Below the pieces are notes generated by a model that did no database searches, was not told where the DNA came from, and saw only the letters and a program-made list of their open reading frames with translations. Of a DNA stretch of 64,000 bases, positions 1 through 12,659 are shown piece after piece. This stretch comes from Octopus sinensis (taxonomy: Eukaryota), in NCBI RefSeq assembly GCF_006345805.1, contig NC_043025.1:13144001-13208000 (forward strand), written 5' to 3'. The first letter of the stretch is position 1. Every line of letters starts with the position of its first letter. The position numbers and the translations under genes were made by a program.

Positions 1-991
1 AAGCCAGTGTCAAAGGTGGTTCCAGAAATGTCAAGCCGGAAACTACTGCCTAGAAGACAAGCTGCATCCTGGAAGATCTGCAGAGCTTGATGAGGACGTC
101 TGGCAAAACCTGGTGGAACAAAATTCCATCGTAACTGTTGAGGAACTAGCAGAGAAGCCTGGATTTGGTCATTGAACCATTCATCAACACCTGTGTGCCA
201 TCAGAAAAGTCAGCAAATTGGATCGATGGGTTCCTCACAAATTCTCCAAGGCTAATCACAGGCAGAGAGTGAATGTGTTCTCTTCTTTGCTGTCACGTCT
301 CATGAATGAACCATTTTTGGACCCAATGGTAACTGGTAACGAGAAATGGGTTTTCTATAAAAATATCAAGCGCCGAAGACTGTGGGTTAGGGAAAGGAGA
401 AACACCAGCACCCCAGGCTTTTAAAGAAGGTCTTCACCCATGTATGATGTTGTTTTTTGTTTGGCGGGATATAAAAGGTTGAGTCCGCTTTAATCTTTTA
501 AACCCAAACCAAACGATAACAAAGGAGATATACTGCGAACAGATTGAGTGGCTTGAGTCAGTGTTAGAAGGAAAATGACCAATTATTGGTTTCAAGACAA
601 AAGGCGTTCTTCCATCAGGATAATGCTTGGCCACAAACAGCAAGGTTGACATTCCAAAGGTTGGAGCAATTTCAGTGAGAAATGATGCCCCACCCACCAT
701 ATTCGCCAGACATTGCACCATCTGATTATCATTTATTCTGCAGTCTTCAAAATCATTTGGATGGGAAAAATATGAATTCTGTAGACGAGGTCAGAGCAGT
801 ACTGGAGGAGTATATTTCGTCATAGACAAGTGAAAATTTGGAAAAGCGGCTTTGCAAGTCTACCAGACAGAGTCGAAGAACAGTGTAGAAAATGAAGGAG
901 AGTATATTTTAGATTAAAAAAGAACTTTGTTTTTTGTTTAAGAAATAAAAGAAGTATAAAAAAAACACACTATTAACAGGATGACCTAATA
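1..991 (+). mobile_element. Degenerate mariner (DD34D-type) transposon, 5' end outside window
   Basis: Broken frames give WVPH, VTGNEKW, FHQDNA and PPYSPDIAPSDYHLF motifs; right TIR ends ~989 followed by TA; similar to the copy at 3472-4365. Confidence 0.9.
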
Positions 992-1003
992 CATACATAT
1001 ATA

Positions 1004-1280
1004 TCATCATCATCATCATCGTTTAATGTCTGTTTTCCATGCTAGCATGGGTTGGACGGTTCAACAGGGGTCTGGTAAGCCATGGAGGCTGCACCAGGCT
1101 CCAATCTTGATCTGGCAGAGTTTCTACAGCTGGATGCCTTTCCTAACACCAACCACTCTGAGAGTGTAGTGGGTGCTTTTTACATGCCACTGGCACAGGG
1201 GCCAGGCGAGGCTGGAAATGGCCACGATCGGTGGGTGCTCTTTACATGGCACCGGCACAGTCGCCATTCAAGGTGGCACT
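1004..1280 (-). mobile_element. SINE-like family D ((GAT)n tail, RTE-like 3' end)
   Basis: (cat)n-cgtttaa..ccatgctagcatgggttggacgg..ggatgccyttcctaac; recurs at 4482, 26380, 28860, 33027, 41517, 45345. Confidence 0.7.
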
Positions 1281-1454
1281 GGCATCTCTCCTAGAACTAC
1301 ATTGCGGGAACATGTGTCTGTGGAATACTTGGCCACTTGTATGATCATTTCATGAGCAGGCTGTTCTGTCGAATGGTATCAACTGGAAACACTCACTATC
1401 GTGGTAAGCAACAGAGAGATAATTTTTAGTGGTATCCCACCCCAAGACAAAATA

Positions 1455-1685
1455 TATTTCTTTATTGCCCACAAGGAGCTAAACATAGAGGGGACAAACA
1501 AGGACAGACAAACGGATTAAGTAGATTCTATCGGCCCTAGTACGTAACTGGTACTTAATTTATCGATCCCGAAAAGATGAAAGGCAAAGTCGACCTCGGC
1601 GGAATTTGAACTCAGAACGTAAAGGGCAGACGAAATACGGCTACGCATTTCGCCAGGCGTGCTAACGTTTCTGCCAGCTCGCCGC
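1455..1685 (-). mobile_element. SINE family B
   Basis: Reverse complement of ggcggcgagctggcagaaacgttagcac..gcctttcatcctttcggggtcgataaa..agtaccag; many copies in window. Confidence 0.8.
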
Positions 1686-2099
1686 GACAAAATAGTGACT
1701 CAGGGGTGTATGACCGCGTGGGGGTGGGGGGCAAGCAGGCGGGCGGGGTGGGGTGTTAGCAGAGACAGTGTCCTTTAGAGATTGTTGTAACGGTGGAGGG
1801 GGAGGGGAGAGCAATCCGAACCCCCTTCTTCATGTCATCATCATCATCATCATCATCTTCATCATACAAGGGGGGGAATGACTTCTGTTGAAATGTCAGG
1901 CAGCTGCCTGTCTGCGACAACAACACCCACACCAACCAACCAACAACAACTACCTGCTGCTACTGTAATGCTATCCTCTTATCCCCTTCTCTACCCCCCC
2001 TCACCTCCTTCTGCATCATTCTTCTTCTTCTTCTTCTAGTGTGCCCCGCCCTTCACTTCCTCCCCAATTTCTTTCCTCTCTTCTTTTTCTCTCCTTCAT

Positions 2100-2470
2100 C
2101 ACACACACACACACACACACATGCACACACACACACATGCACACACCACACATGCACACACACACATGCACACACACACACACATGCACACACACACATG
2201 CACACACACACACATGCACACACACACACAGACACACACCCGAATGCTGTCCTTGTTTTTGCTCCTCTGAGAAATTCTTGCATATACTATCGCCCCATCC
2301 AACACACATCAACCACTTCTTCAACTACCACCACCACCACCACCACCGAAACTTCTACTACTGCTGCTGCCACCATCGCACTCATTATATGTTTTATCAC
2401 CACCACCACCACCACCGCCGCCAGCACCACCAGCACCACCGCCGCCACCGCCACCACCACCACCACCATT
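2100..2470. repeat. (CA)n and (CAC)n microsatellites
   Basis: Seen directly; they generate the HT/CV/poly-T ORFs. Confidence 0.95.
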
Positions 2471-2598
2471 AATGCTACATACCATACAACCGCCAAAGGA
2501 GTGGAAGGAGGTTTGGTTGCTATTTCTTGACATTGAATATTTCAAAAGCCAGTTTCTGCTGCAAATGTTGTGTTTTGTGGTGATTCTGCACACACACA

Positions 2599-2637
<39 letters not shown>

Positions 2638-2825
2638 TAGGAAATATGATTCCAAACTTACAGGGAAAAATTCAATTTAGTATTACTAAATCAAATTTCA
2701 CAATATGTAATGTATGTATATAAATTAGAGAAGAACCACATCTTATCAATTCATTAATTGAAATAACAATGATATGATTAAATTATACCATATAGAAAAA
2801 AATTAAATATACGACAAAACAAATA

Positions 2826-3048
2826 TACTCTTTACTCTTTTAATTGTTTCAGTCATTTGACTGTGGCCATGCTGGAGCACCGCCTTTAGTCAAGCAAATC
2901 GACCCCCAGGACTTATTCTTTGTAAGCCCAGTACTTATTCTATCGTTCTCTTTTGCTGAACCGCTACATGACGGGGACGTAAACACACCAGCATCGGTTG
3001 TCAAGCAATGCTAGGGGGACAAACACAGACAAACAAACACATACACAT

Positions 3049-3107
<59 letters not shown>

Positions 3108-3365
3108 ACATATATATATACATATATACGACAGGCTTCTTTCAGTTTCCGTCTACCAAATCCACTCACAAGGCATTGGTCGGCCCAGGGCTATAGCAGA
3201 AGACACTTGCCCAGATGCCACGCAGTGGGACTGAACCCGGAACCATGTGGTTGGTCAGCAAGCTACTTACCACACAGCCCCTCCTGCGCCTCCACACACC
3301 CCTCCTGCGCCTCCACACAGCCCCTCCTGCGCCTCCACACAGCCCCTCCTGCGCCTCCACACAGC
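2826..3365 (-). mobile_element. tRNA-derived SINE family A with ~4 tandem copies of its 5' tip
   Basis: Head has A-box-like tggctgtgtgg and B-box-like ggttcagtccc; internal (TA)n; cacacagcccctcctgcgcctc repeated 3270-3365. Confidence 0.85.
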
Positions 3366-3471
3366 CACGTTATTTAATTTTTTCTATATGGTATAATTTA
3401 ATTATATCATTGTTATTTCATTAATGAATTGATAAAATGTGGTTCTTCTCTAATTTATATATATATATATA

Positions 3472-4365
3472 TATTGGATCATCCCATAAATAATGTGGTT
3501 TTTCCAATTGCATGAGTCAGAAGAGGATGGGATAAACTATCTGCATCAACTTGCTTTGAAAGCAGGTAGTAATTTTCCCTTTTTCCTTATTCTTAGTGCA
3601 GTTCGATTTTAACAGTTATTTTTTCCAAGCTATAATGGAAGTGACAAAGGAGCATATTCGGCATATTTTGCTTAATGAGTTCAATAAAGGCAACAATGCA
3701 AAGGAAAGTGTGAGGAATATTAATGCAGTATATGGGGATCAGACAATAAGCATAAGCCAGTGTGAAAGGTGATTCCAGAAATTCCAAGCTGGAAACTACA
3801 GCCTAGAAGTTGAGCCTTGTCCTGGAAGATCTGTAGAGCTTGATGAGGATGTCTGACAAACCCTGGTGGAAGAAAATACCATCATAACTGTTGAGGAACT
3901 AGTAGAGAAGCTTGGATTTGGTCATTCAACTACTCATCGACACCAGCACTAGAAGAAAACGACCATCTTTGGTTCCAAGACGAAAGGTATTCTTCCATCA
4001 GGATAATGCTTGACCACATACAGCAAGGATGCCATTCCAAAGGCTGGAGCAGTTTCAGTGGGAACCGATGTCCCACCCACCATATTCGCTGGACATTGCC
4101 CCATCTGACTATCAGTTATTCAGCAGTCTTCAAAATCATTTGGATGGGAAAAATATGAATTCTCCAGACGAGGCCAGAAGAATATTTTTCATCATGGACA
4201 AGTGAATTTTGGAAGAGGGGCCTTGCAAGTCTCCTAAATAGATGGAAGAGCATTGTAGAAAATGAAGGAGAGTAAATTTCTGATTAAAAAAGAATTTTGT
4301 TTATCTTAATTTTAAAAAGTAAAAGAAATATAAAAAAAACGCATTATTTATGGAATAATCCAATA
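3472..4365 (+). mobile_element. Internally deleted mariner element with both TIRs and TA flanks
   Basis: Left ta|ttggatcatcccataaataatg, right cattatttatggaataatccaa|ta; lacks the WVPH/first-Asp segment present in copy 1 (junction ~3945). Confidence 0.88.
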
Positions 4366-4733
4366 TATACACACACATATATCATCACTTTAGTGACGAT
4401 TGTACTTGTACCTTGTGATTTTAAATTGTGACTAAGCCACTTTTATAATTTATATATAAATAATAATAATAATAATAATAATCATCATCATCATCGTTTA
4501 ACGTCCGTTCTCCATGCTAGCATGGGTTGGACGGTTCGACCAGGGATCTGGGAAGCCAGAAGGCTGCACCAGGCTCCAGTCTTATCTGGCAATGTTTTTT
4601 TACAGCTGGATGCCCTTCCTAACGCCAACCACTCCGTGAGTGTTAATAATAGTAATAATAATAATAATAATAATATGGGCTTTGTATATTTTACCCCAGT
4701 GTCACTTTGATGGCATGAACTGCTCTCTCACTC

Positions 4734-4783
<50 letters not shown>

Positions 4784-4807
4784 GCAAATCTGAGGTATTG
4801 AGCAGAA

Positions 4808-4962
4808 TATTTGCTGTAGGCCATCTTTTATACCAAGACAAAACAATGTACATGATAACACTTCCAATCAGTTAAGATCAGAAGCCATGAGAGCCCCTGT
4901 TTGGAAGTGTTATCATGTACATTGTTTTGTCTTGGTATCAAAGATGGGTTTTACAGCAAATA
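4808..4962. repeat. Inverted repeat, ~60 bp arms, ~30 nt loop
   Basis: taccaagacaaaacaatgtacatgataacacttccaa pairs with ttggaagtgttatcatgtacattgttttgtcttggta. Confidence 0.9.
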
Positions 4963-5779
4963 GAGGATGTTCGGATGGAACTCAAGACCTCTTTGTTCAC
5001 AGTGGAACTTGTAGAGACGTGCAATGGAAGGGAAGTAACTGTGTTGTTGCTTGCGACCGGAGAAGTGGAGAGGAGGAGTGCGGAGATGGGAGAAGGAGCA
5101 AAGAAGGAAGTAAAGGGGAGTAGAAAGGGAGAGGGACAGGGACAGGTACTCAGAGAGAGAGAGAGAGGTTGAGGGAGAGAGAGAGAGGTTGAGTCAGAAA
5201 GTGAGCGGAGAAGGAGAGAGAGAGAAATAGTGAGATCGATAGAGAGACACGGAGAGAAAGAGATAGGGTGAGGCAGAGACAGAGAGATTGTACAGTGGAT
5301 GAGGAGGAGAGAGAGAGAAAGGCATATAGAAGATATGAGACAGAGAGAGAGAGGGAGAAACAGATAAACATAGAGAGAGAGAGAGAGAGAAAGACACAAC
5401 CGGATAGTCCGACAGATACAAATATACAGTATATATATATATATTTCTTTACTACCCACAAGGACTAAACACAGAGGGGACAAACAAGGACAGACAAGGG
5501 TATTAAGTCGATTACATCGACCCCAGTGCGTAACTGGTACTTATTTAATCGACCCCCGAAGGATGAAGGCAAAGTCGACCTCAGAGGTGGAATTTGAACT
5601 CAGAACGTAACGACAGTATATGTATATGGCAAATCGAAAGATCACCTAATATATATATATACATATACACACAAACGGAAATTGAGGGAAAGACACAAAG
5701 AGAAAGGCAAAGCGAGAGAGAGGAGAGAGAGAGAGAGAAGCAGATAAATACATAAAGAGAGAGAAAAGGGAGACAGAAC

Positions 5780-5789
5780 TCCCGCCAAA
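5780..5789 (-). promoter_or_regulatory. Candidate E2F-type site (TTTGGCGGGA) in a putative SLX1 promoter
   Basis: tcccgccaaa in a short unique CpG-containing island, followed by a donor-like TG|GTATGA at 5863. Confidence 0.3.
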
Positions 5790-7009
5790 TCGGTGTTTAC
5801 GACCGAATCTTTCCCGTTGGAGCAGGAAATCTTCAACAGCCACTGGTTGTATATTACATTTGGTATGATTTGTATATTTCAAGTCTTTCTGTATATACAC
5901 GTTGATGATATATTATAATGCATGCATATATATATATATACATCTTTATATCCATAACTATGTATAATGTTATATGAGGTTTTAAATATAATAATATTAG
6001 CATTCATTGAAGCTCTTGACATTTTAAAATCCGTTGTTATATATAATATATACTCACACACCACATTGCATTAATACACACACACATATATTTCGTTTCA
6101 GCACACGATCTCAGATCAAGTCACTCGCTATGCAAGTACATCTCCGTAATATATATATATATATATATACACACACACCCATTGCATTAATATAAACATT
6201 GATAATTCTAAACAATAGGCTCTGTATATATATATACACACACACACCCATTGCGTTAATATAACATTGATAATTCTAACAATAGGCTCTGTATATATAT
6301 ATATAAAATAAAATATTAGGGAATAAATTCAAACTTACAGGGAAAAATCAGATTTAGGATTGAATCCAATTTTATAGTAAAATATTAATTATCTTTTATT
6401 AAACTTTTAATACTTTTGATATATATTTAAAATAATATAAATAATTAACTTGTGTATTGGCTAAGTTTTTCATTGTTTGATTTGCCTAATAGTGGTTTTA
6501 TCTCTAATTTAATATAATATATATATATATATATATATACATACACACGCACACATATCGCTCACACACACACACACATGATGGGCTTCTTTCAGTTTCC
6601 ATCTACCAAACCCACTCACAAGGCTTTGGTTTCCCCGAGGCCCTAGCAGAAGACACTTGCCCAAGGTATCACACAAGTGGTGTGAACCCGGAAGCGTGTG
6701 GTTGGTAGCAAGCTACTTACCCCACAGCCACGCCGCACATATTTTCAATTCCACTTAATTATTATTTTTGAATTTAAACAAAAAAAAAAAGAAACTTAGA
6801 TACTTAACAATCGACTGAAATTGAACTTTTAGGGTTTTTTTTTTAGTTTCATTAATTTCTGTGAAGAAAAACACAACAAAACAACGCGAAGTTTAAAAAG
6901 ACGGAACTCAGAATTTAGGCAAAACGATACGATTTTTGTATATTTTGTCTGTCGGGCAAGAATTTTAATGTTTAGAGAGAGGAAGGTTGATAAGGGTAGC
7001 TTTTGAAGA

Positions 7010-7575
7010 GATGGATGGAAGCACTCCGTCGGTTACGACGACGAGGGTTCCGGTTGATCCGATCAACGGAACAGCCTGCTCGCGAAATTAACGTGTAAGT
7101 GGCTGAGCACTCCACAGACACGTGTACACTTCACGTAGTTCTCGGGGATATTCAGCGTGACACAGAGAGTGACAAGGCCGGCCCTTTGAAATGGAAGCAC
7201 TCCGTCAGTTACGACGACGAGGGTTCCGGTTGATCCGAATCAACGGAACAGCCTGCTCGTGAAATTAACGTGTAAGTGGCTGAGCACTCCACAGACACGT
7301 GCACCCTTAACGTAGTTCTCGGGATATTCAGCGTGACACAGAGAGTGACAAGGCCGGCCCTTTGAAATACAGGTACAACAGAAACAGGAAGTAAGAGTGA
7401 GAGAAAGTTGTGGTTAAGGAGTACAGCAGGGATCACCACCATCCCCTGCCGGAGCCTCGTGGAGCTTTAGGTGTTTTCGCTCAATAAACACTCACAACGC
7501 CCGGTCTGGGAATCGAAACCGCGATCTTATGACCACGAGTCCGCTGCCCTAACCACTGGGCCATTGCGCCTCCAC
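7010..7575 (-). mobile_element. tRNA-derived SINE family C with duplicated 3' part
   Basis: Head gtggaggcgcaatggcccagtggttagggcagcggactcg..ggtttcgattccc; 7016-7190 repeated at 7191-7370. Confidence 0.85.
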
Positions 7576-7949
7576 AGCTTTTGAAGAACGTTCTAGGTGG
7601 AGGTTAAGAAGCTTGCTTCTCAACTACATAGTTCCGGGTTCAGTCCCACAGCGTGGCACCTTGGACCAACCCTAACCCGAGCGTGGCATCTTCTGCTATA
7701 ATCCTGGACTGACCAAAGCCTTGTGAGTGGATTTGATAGACGGAAACTGAAAGAAGCCCGCTGTTATCACCATCATCATTATCATCGTCCTTTAGTAAAT
7801 GTTTTGGCATTCCTTCGATATAACTCGACAAAAATCAAAACACTTTTACTTCGGGTATTTCCGTGGAAGCGAATGACAGTTTGATTCTGTTTTTCTGTTT
7901 GGAAATTTGTGGATTTTACATACACACCTGAAACAGGGAAGAACAAATA

Positions 7950-8348
7950 TACTCTTTTTACTCTTTTACTGGTTTCAGTCATTTGACTGCGGCCATGCTG
8001 GAGCACCGTCTTTAGTCGAGCAAATCGACCCCCCGGACTTATTCTTTGGAAGCCCAGTACTTATTCTATTGGTCTCTTTCGCCGAACCGCTAAGTGACGG
8101 GGACGTAAACACACCAGCATCGGTTGTCAAGCAATGCTAGGGGGACAAACACAGACACGAACATATATATATATATATATATATACGACAGGCTTCTTTC
8201 AGTTTCCGTCTACCAAATCCACTCACAAGGCATTGGTCGGCCCGAGGCTTTAGTAGAAAACACTTGCCCAAGATGCCACGCAGTGGGACTGAACCCGGAA
8301 CCATGTGGTTGGTAAACAAGCTACTTACCACACAGCCACACCTGTGCC
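7950..8348 (-). mobile_element. SINE family A, full length
   Basis: Near identical to other family A copies; lies between inverted repeats 7803-7866 and 8435-8494. Confidence 0.88.
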
Positions 8349-8819
8349 TTTGCTAATATGCAAAGCTTTCTTTTTTCTTCAAGTTAAAAATGAAACATTG
8401 ATGGCATAATTTCGTTACATCTATATTCCAAAACCCACGGAAAAACCCGAAGTGAAATGTTTTGGTTTTGTCGAGTTATATCGAAAGAATGCCAATGTTT
8501 TTCATGCTGGCATGGGTTGGACGGTTTGACAGGCTCAGGCAGGTCAGATAATTGTGTTCAGTTTTGTGGTACTACCATGAGTGAGGTACCCTAACTGCTT
8601 GCAAGACGGGACCTCTCGATTGATGTGAGGATTGGCTGATCATTGCTTACAACACATCTTATGTTTTTTTTTGTTTTGTTTTTCAACTCTTGACAACTAT
8701 CAGACCAAAACAGTTGTGAGTCCCTTTTTTTGTTGACCCCTTATACTTTGCAACACAAGTTCCCTTCATTGAGCTCATGACTGAATGGTCATTGTTACAA
8801 CACATCTTTTTCCCTTCAT

Positions 8820-9900
8820 CTTTCTACTGCTTTCAGACTAAAACAGCTGCATCCACCCTCTATTTTTTGACCCCTGGTACCTTGAAAGACAGGACCCCTT
8901 CTACAGCCTTCAGACTAAAACAGATGCATCCACCCTCTTTTTTTTGACTCCTGGTACCTTGAAAGACAGGACCCCTTCTACAGCCTTCAGACTAAAACAG
9001 ATGCATCCACACTCTTTTTTTGACCCCTGGAACCTTGAAAGACAGGGCCCCTTCTACACAGCCTTCAGACTAAAACAGATGCATCCATCCACCCTCTTTT
9101 TTTGACCCCTGGTACCTTGAAAGACAGGACCCCTTCTACAGCTTCAGACTAAAACAGATGCATCCACCCTCTTTTTTTGACCCCTGGAACCTTGAAAGAC
9201 AGGGCCCCTTCTACAGCCTTCAGACTAAAACAGATGCATCCACCCTCTTTTTTTTGACCCCTGGAACCTTGAAAGACAGGGCCCTTTCTACAGCCTTCAG
9301 ACTAAAACAGATGCATCCACCCTCTTTTTTTTGACCCCCTGGTACCTTGAAAGACAGGACCCCTTCTACAGCCTTCAGACTAAAACAGATGCATCCACCC
9401 TCTTTTTTGAGACCCTGGAACCTTGAAAGACAGGGCCCCTTCTACAGCCTTCAGACTAAAACAGATGCATCCACCCTCTTTTTTTTGACCCCTGGTACCT
9501 TGAAAGACAGGACCCCTTCTACAGCCTTCAGACTAAAACAGATGCATCCACCCTCTTTTTTTGACCCCTGGAACCTTGAAAGACAGGGCCCCTTCTACAG
9601 CCTTCAGACTAAAACAGATGCATCCACCCTCTTTTTTTTGACCCCTGGTACCTTGAAAGACAGGACCCCTTCTACAGCCTTCAGACTAAAACAGATGCAT
9701 CCACCCTCTTTTTTTGACCCCTGGAACCTTGAAAGACAGGGCCCCTTCTACAGCCTTCAGACTAAAACAGATGCATCCACCCTCTTTTTTTGACCCCTGG
9801 AACCTTGAAAGACAGGGCCCCTTCTACAGCCTTCAGACTAAAACAGATGCATCCACCCTCTTTTTTTTGACCCCTGGTACCTTGAAAGACAGGACCCCTT
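8820..9900 (+). repeat. ~78 bp minisatellite, ~14 units, two roughly alternating variants
   Basis: Unit ttctacagccttcagactaaaacagatgcatccaccctc(t)ngacccctgg[t/a]accttgaaagacagg[a/g]cccc. Confidence 0.95.
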
Positions 9901-10154
9901 GACTGATGTGATGGCATGATGGTTGTGTTACACCACACCCCATATCTCTTTCTTTTCTCCATCTCTTTACTACTTTCAGATCAAAACAGCCCCCCCCCAC
10001 TTTTGTCCCCCCCCCCCAAAGCATGCAAAGCATGACCCCTTGATTGATGTGATGATCGAATGACCTTGGTTACGACACATCTCATATCTTTTCTCTTATA
10101 TTCATTTCTCTACTACTTTCAGACCGAAACAGTCGCAGCCCCTTAACTATCGTC

Positions 10155-10336
10155 ATGGAAGAGTCCCCGGATGAAATTGAAGATTTCTATGGGGTCTATC
10201 TTCTTTACAACATCAACCCGGCGTATAGGGACCGAGTCTACATTGGATACACCGTCGATCCGAACAGACGTGTCCGGCAGCACAACAGTGGAAAGCAGGC
10301 TGGTGGCGCCTGGAAGACGCATGGACGTGGCCCATG
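10155..10336 (+). CDS. SLX1: SLX1-like endonuclease, coding exon 1 (GIY-YIG motif)
   Basis: [37 protein letters not shown]; donor GTGAGA at 10337 (phase 2); upstream acceptor tttcag ends 10122. Confidence 0.93.
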
Positions 10337-10546
10337 GTGAGAGATTTTATGGATTTTGTGTGGATTTTGAATAAGCTTTCAGGTTGCTTATTGCGATAGG
10401 TAAACAAGTGTTCCTATTAGTAACCAGTCTCCAATAGGCCAATCATGTATTTATATATATATATATATATATGGCGGTGCCCCAGCATGGCCACAGCTCG
10501 TGAGCTGAAACTAGATAAAATTTTTTTCAAAAAATATATATATATA

Positions 10547-10910
10547 TACTCTTTTACTTGTTTCAGTCATTTGACTGCAGCCATGCTGGAGCACTGCCTT
10601 TAATCGAGCAACTCGACCCCGGGACTTATTCTTTTGTAAGCCCAGTACTTTTTCTATCGGTCTCTTTTGCCGAACCGCTAAGTAACGGGGACGTAAACAC
10701 GCCAGCATCGGTTGTCAAGCAATGCTAGGGGGACAAACACACACACACATATATATATATATATACGACGGGCTTCTTTTAAGTTTCCGTCTCACAAGGC
10801 TTTGGTCGACCCAAGGCTATAGTAGTAGACACTTGCCCAAGGTCCCACACAGTGGGACTGAACCCGGAACCATGTGGTTGGTAAACAAGCTACTTACCAC
10901 ACAGCCACTA
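10547..10910 (-). mobile_element. SINE family A in SLX1 intron 1
   Basis: Matches other family A copies. Confidence 0.85.
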
Positions 10911-11243
10911 TATATATATATATACACACATATATATATAGTTCAAATTTATAGAAAAACAAAAGATGAAGACAAGTGTAATATTATTATTATTATTATT
11001 AAGGTGGTGAGCGGGCAGAATTGTTAGTACCCCATGCAAAGTGCTTAGTGGTATTCCACCAATTGCTACGTTCTGAGTTCAAATTCCACCAAGGTCGACT
11101 TAGCCTTTCATCTTTTTGGGGTCGATAAATTAAGTACCAGTGAAACACTGGGGTCGATTTAATCCACTAGTCCCCTCCACACAAAATTTCAGGCCTTGTA
11201 CGTATATTAGAAAGGATTATTATTATTATTATTATTAATCTTT

Positions 11244-12440
11244 GTGGAGGTGCGTGGCTTAGTGGTTAGGGTGTCAGCATCATGATCGTAAGATTGTGGT
11301 TTCGATTCCTGGACCGGGCGACCCGTTGTGTTCTTGAGCATTCACTTTGCTCCAGTCCACTCAGCTGGCAAAAATGAGTAACGCTGCAATGGACTGGCGT
11401 CCCGTCCGGCTGGGGAACACATACGCCACAGAAACCAGGAAACTGGGCCCATGAGCCTGGCGAGGCTTTAAAAGGGCACATTTATTTTTCTGCGATGGAC
11501 TGGCGTCCCGTCCAGCAGGGGAGAGCATACGCCATTGAAACCGGGCCCATGAGCCTGGCTAGGCTTTAAAAGGGCGCATTTATTTTTCTGCGATGGACTG
11601 GCGTCCCGTCCAGCAGGGGAGAGCATACGCCATTGAAACCGGGCCCATGAGCCTGGCTAGGCTTTAAAAGGGCGCATTTATTTTTCTGCGATGGACTGGC
11701 GTCCCGTCCAGCAGGGGAGAGCATACGCCATTGAAACCGGGCCCATGAGCCTGGCTAGGCTTTAAAAGGGCGCATTTATTTTTCTGCGATGGACTGGCGT
11801 CCCGTCCAGCAGGGGAGAGCATACGCCATTGAAACCGGGCCCATGAGCCTGGCTAGGCTTTAAAAGGGCGCATTTATTTTTCTGTGATGGACTGGCGTCC
11901 CGTCCAGCAGGGGAGAGCATACGCCATTGAAACCAGGCCCATGAGCCTGGCTAGGCTTTAAAAGGGCACATTTATTTTTCTGCGATGGACTGGCGTCCCG
12001 TCCAGCAGGGGAGAGCATACGCCATTGAAACCGGGCCCATGAGCCTGGCTAGGCTTTAAAAGGGCGCATTTATTTTTCTGTGATGGACTGGCGTCCCGTC
12101 CAGCAGGGGAGAGCATACGCCATTGAAACCAGGCCCATGAGCCTGGCTAGGCTTTAAAAGGGCACATTTATTTTTCTGCGATGGACTGGCATCCCGTCCA
12201 GCTGGGGAATGCATACGCCATGGAAACCGGGTCCATGAGCCTGGCTAGGCTTTAAAAGGGTGCATTTATTCTTCTGCGATGGACTGGCGTCCCGTCCAGC
12301 AGGGGAGAGCATACGCCATTGAAACCGGGCCCATGAGCCTGGCTAGGCTTTAAAAGGGCGCATTTATTTTTCTGCGATGGACTGGCATCCCGTCCAGCAG
12401 GGGAAAGCATACGCCACAGAAACCGGGAAACTGGGCCTTA
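11244..12440 (+). repeat. tRNA-headed SINE family E followed by ~10 tandem 98 bp copies of its 3' part
   Basis: Head gtggaggtgcgtggcttagtggttagg; units start 11491, 11589, 11687 (period 98); monomer at 50633-50870. Confidence 0.9.
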
Positions 12441-12659
12441 ATCTTATCCTTTTTATTTGATGGGTCGGGTGGGTAGGGTGTCGTCAGATAAAATGGTCTT
12501 CATTTATTAAATTAATCAGTTTGTCTGAGAAGGCATCATCCTGTTTTATATGAACTAACGAGCTGGTAGTCATTACAGAAGATAACAAAGTAATATTTGT
12601 CTCATACTTATTAACCTTAACAACTCACCCCTTTCTTTTCTTTTTCTCCTGTCCCCTAG

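Noticed and set aside
1750-1915. Minus-strand open stretch with poly-Asp (..PPLYDEDDDDDDDMKKG..)
   Set aside because: Driven by an (ATC)n repeat; no recognisable homology; could be UTR of a gene outside the window.
10155-10336. GIY-YIG domain as a Penelope or homing endonuclease
   Set aside because: It splices to FEWAWQHP and RING exons diagnostic of cellular SLX1; no reverse transcriptase is linked.
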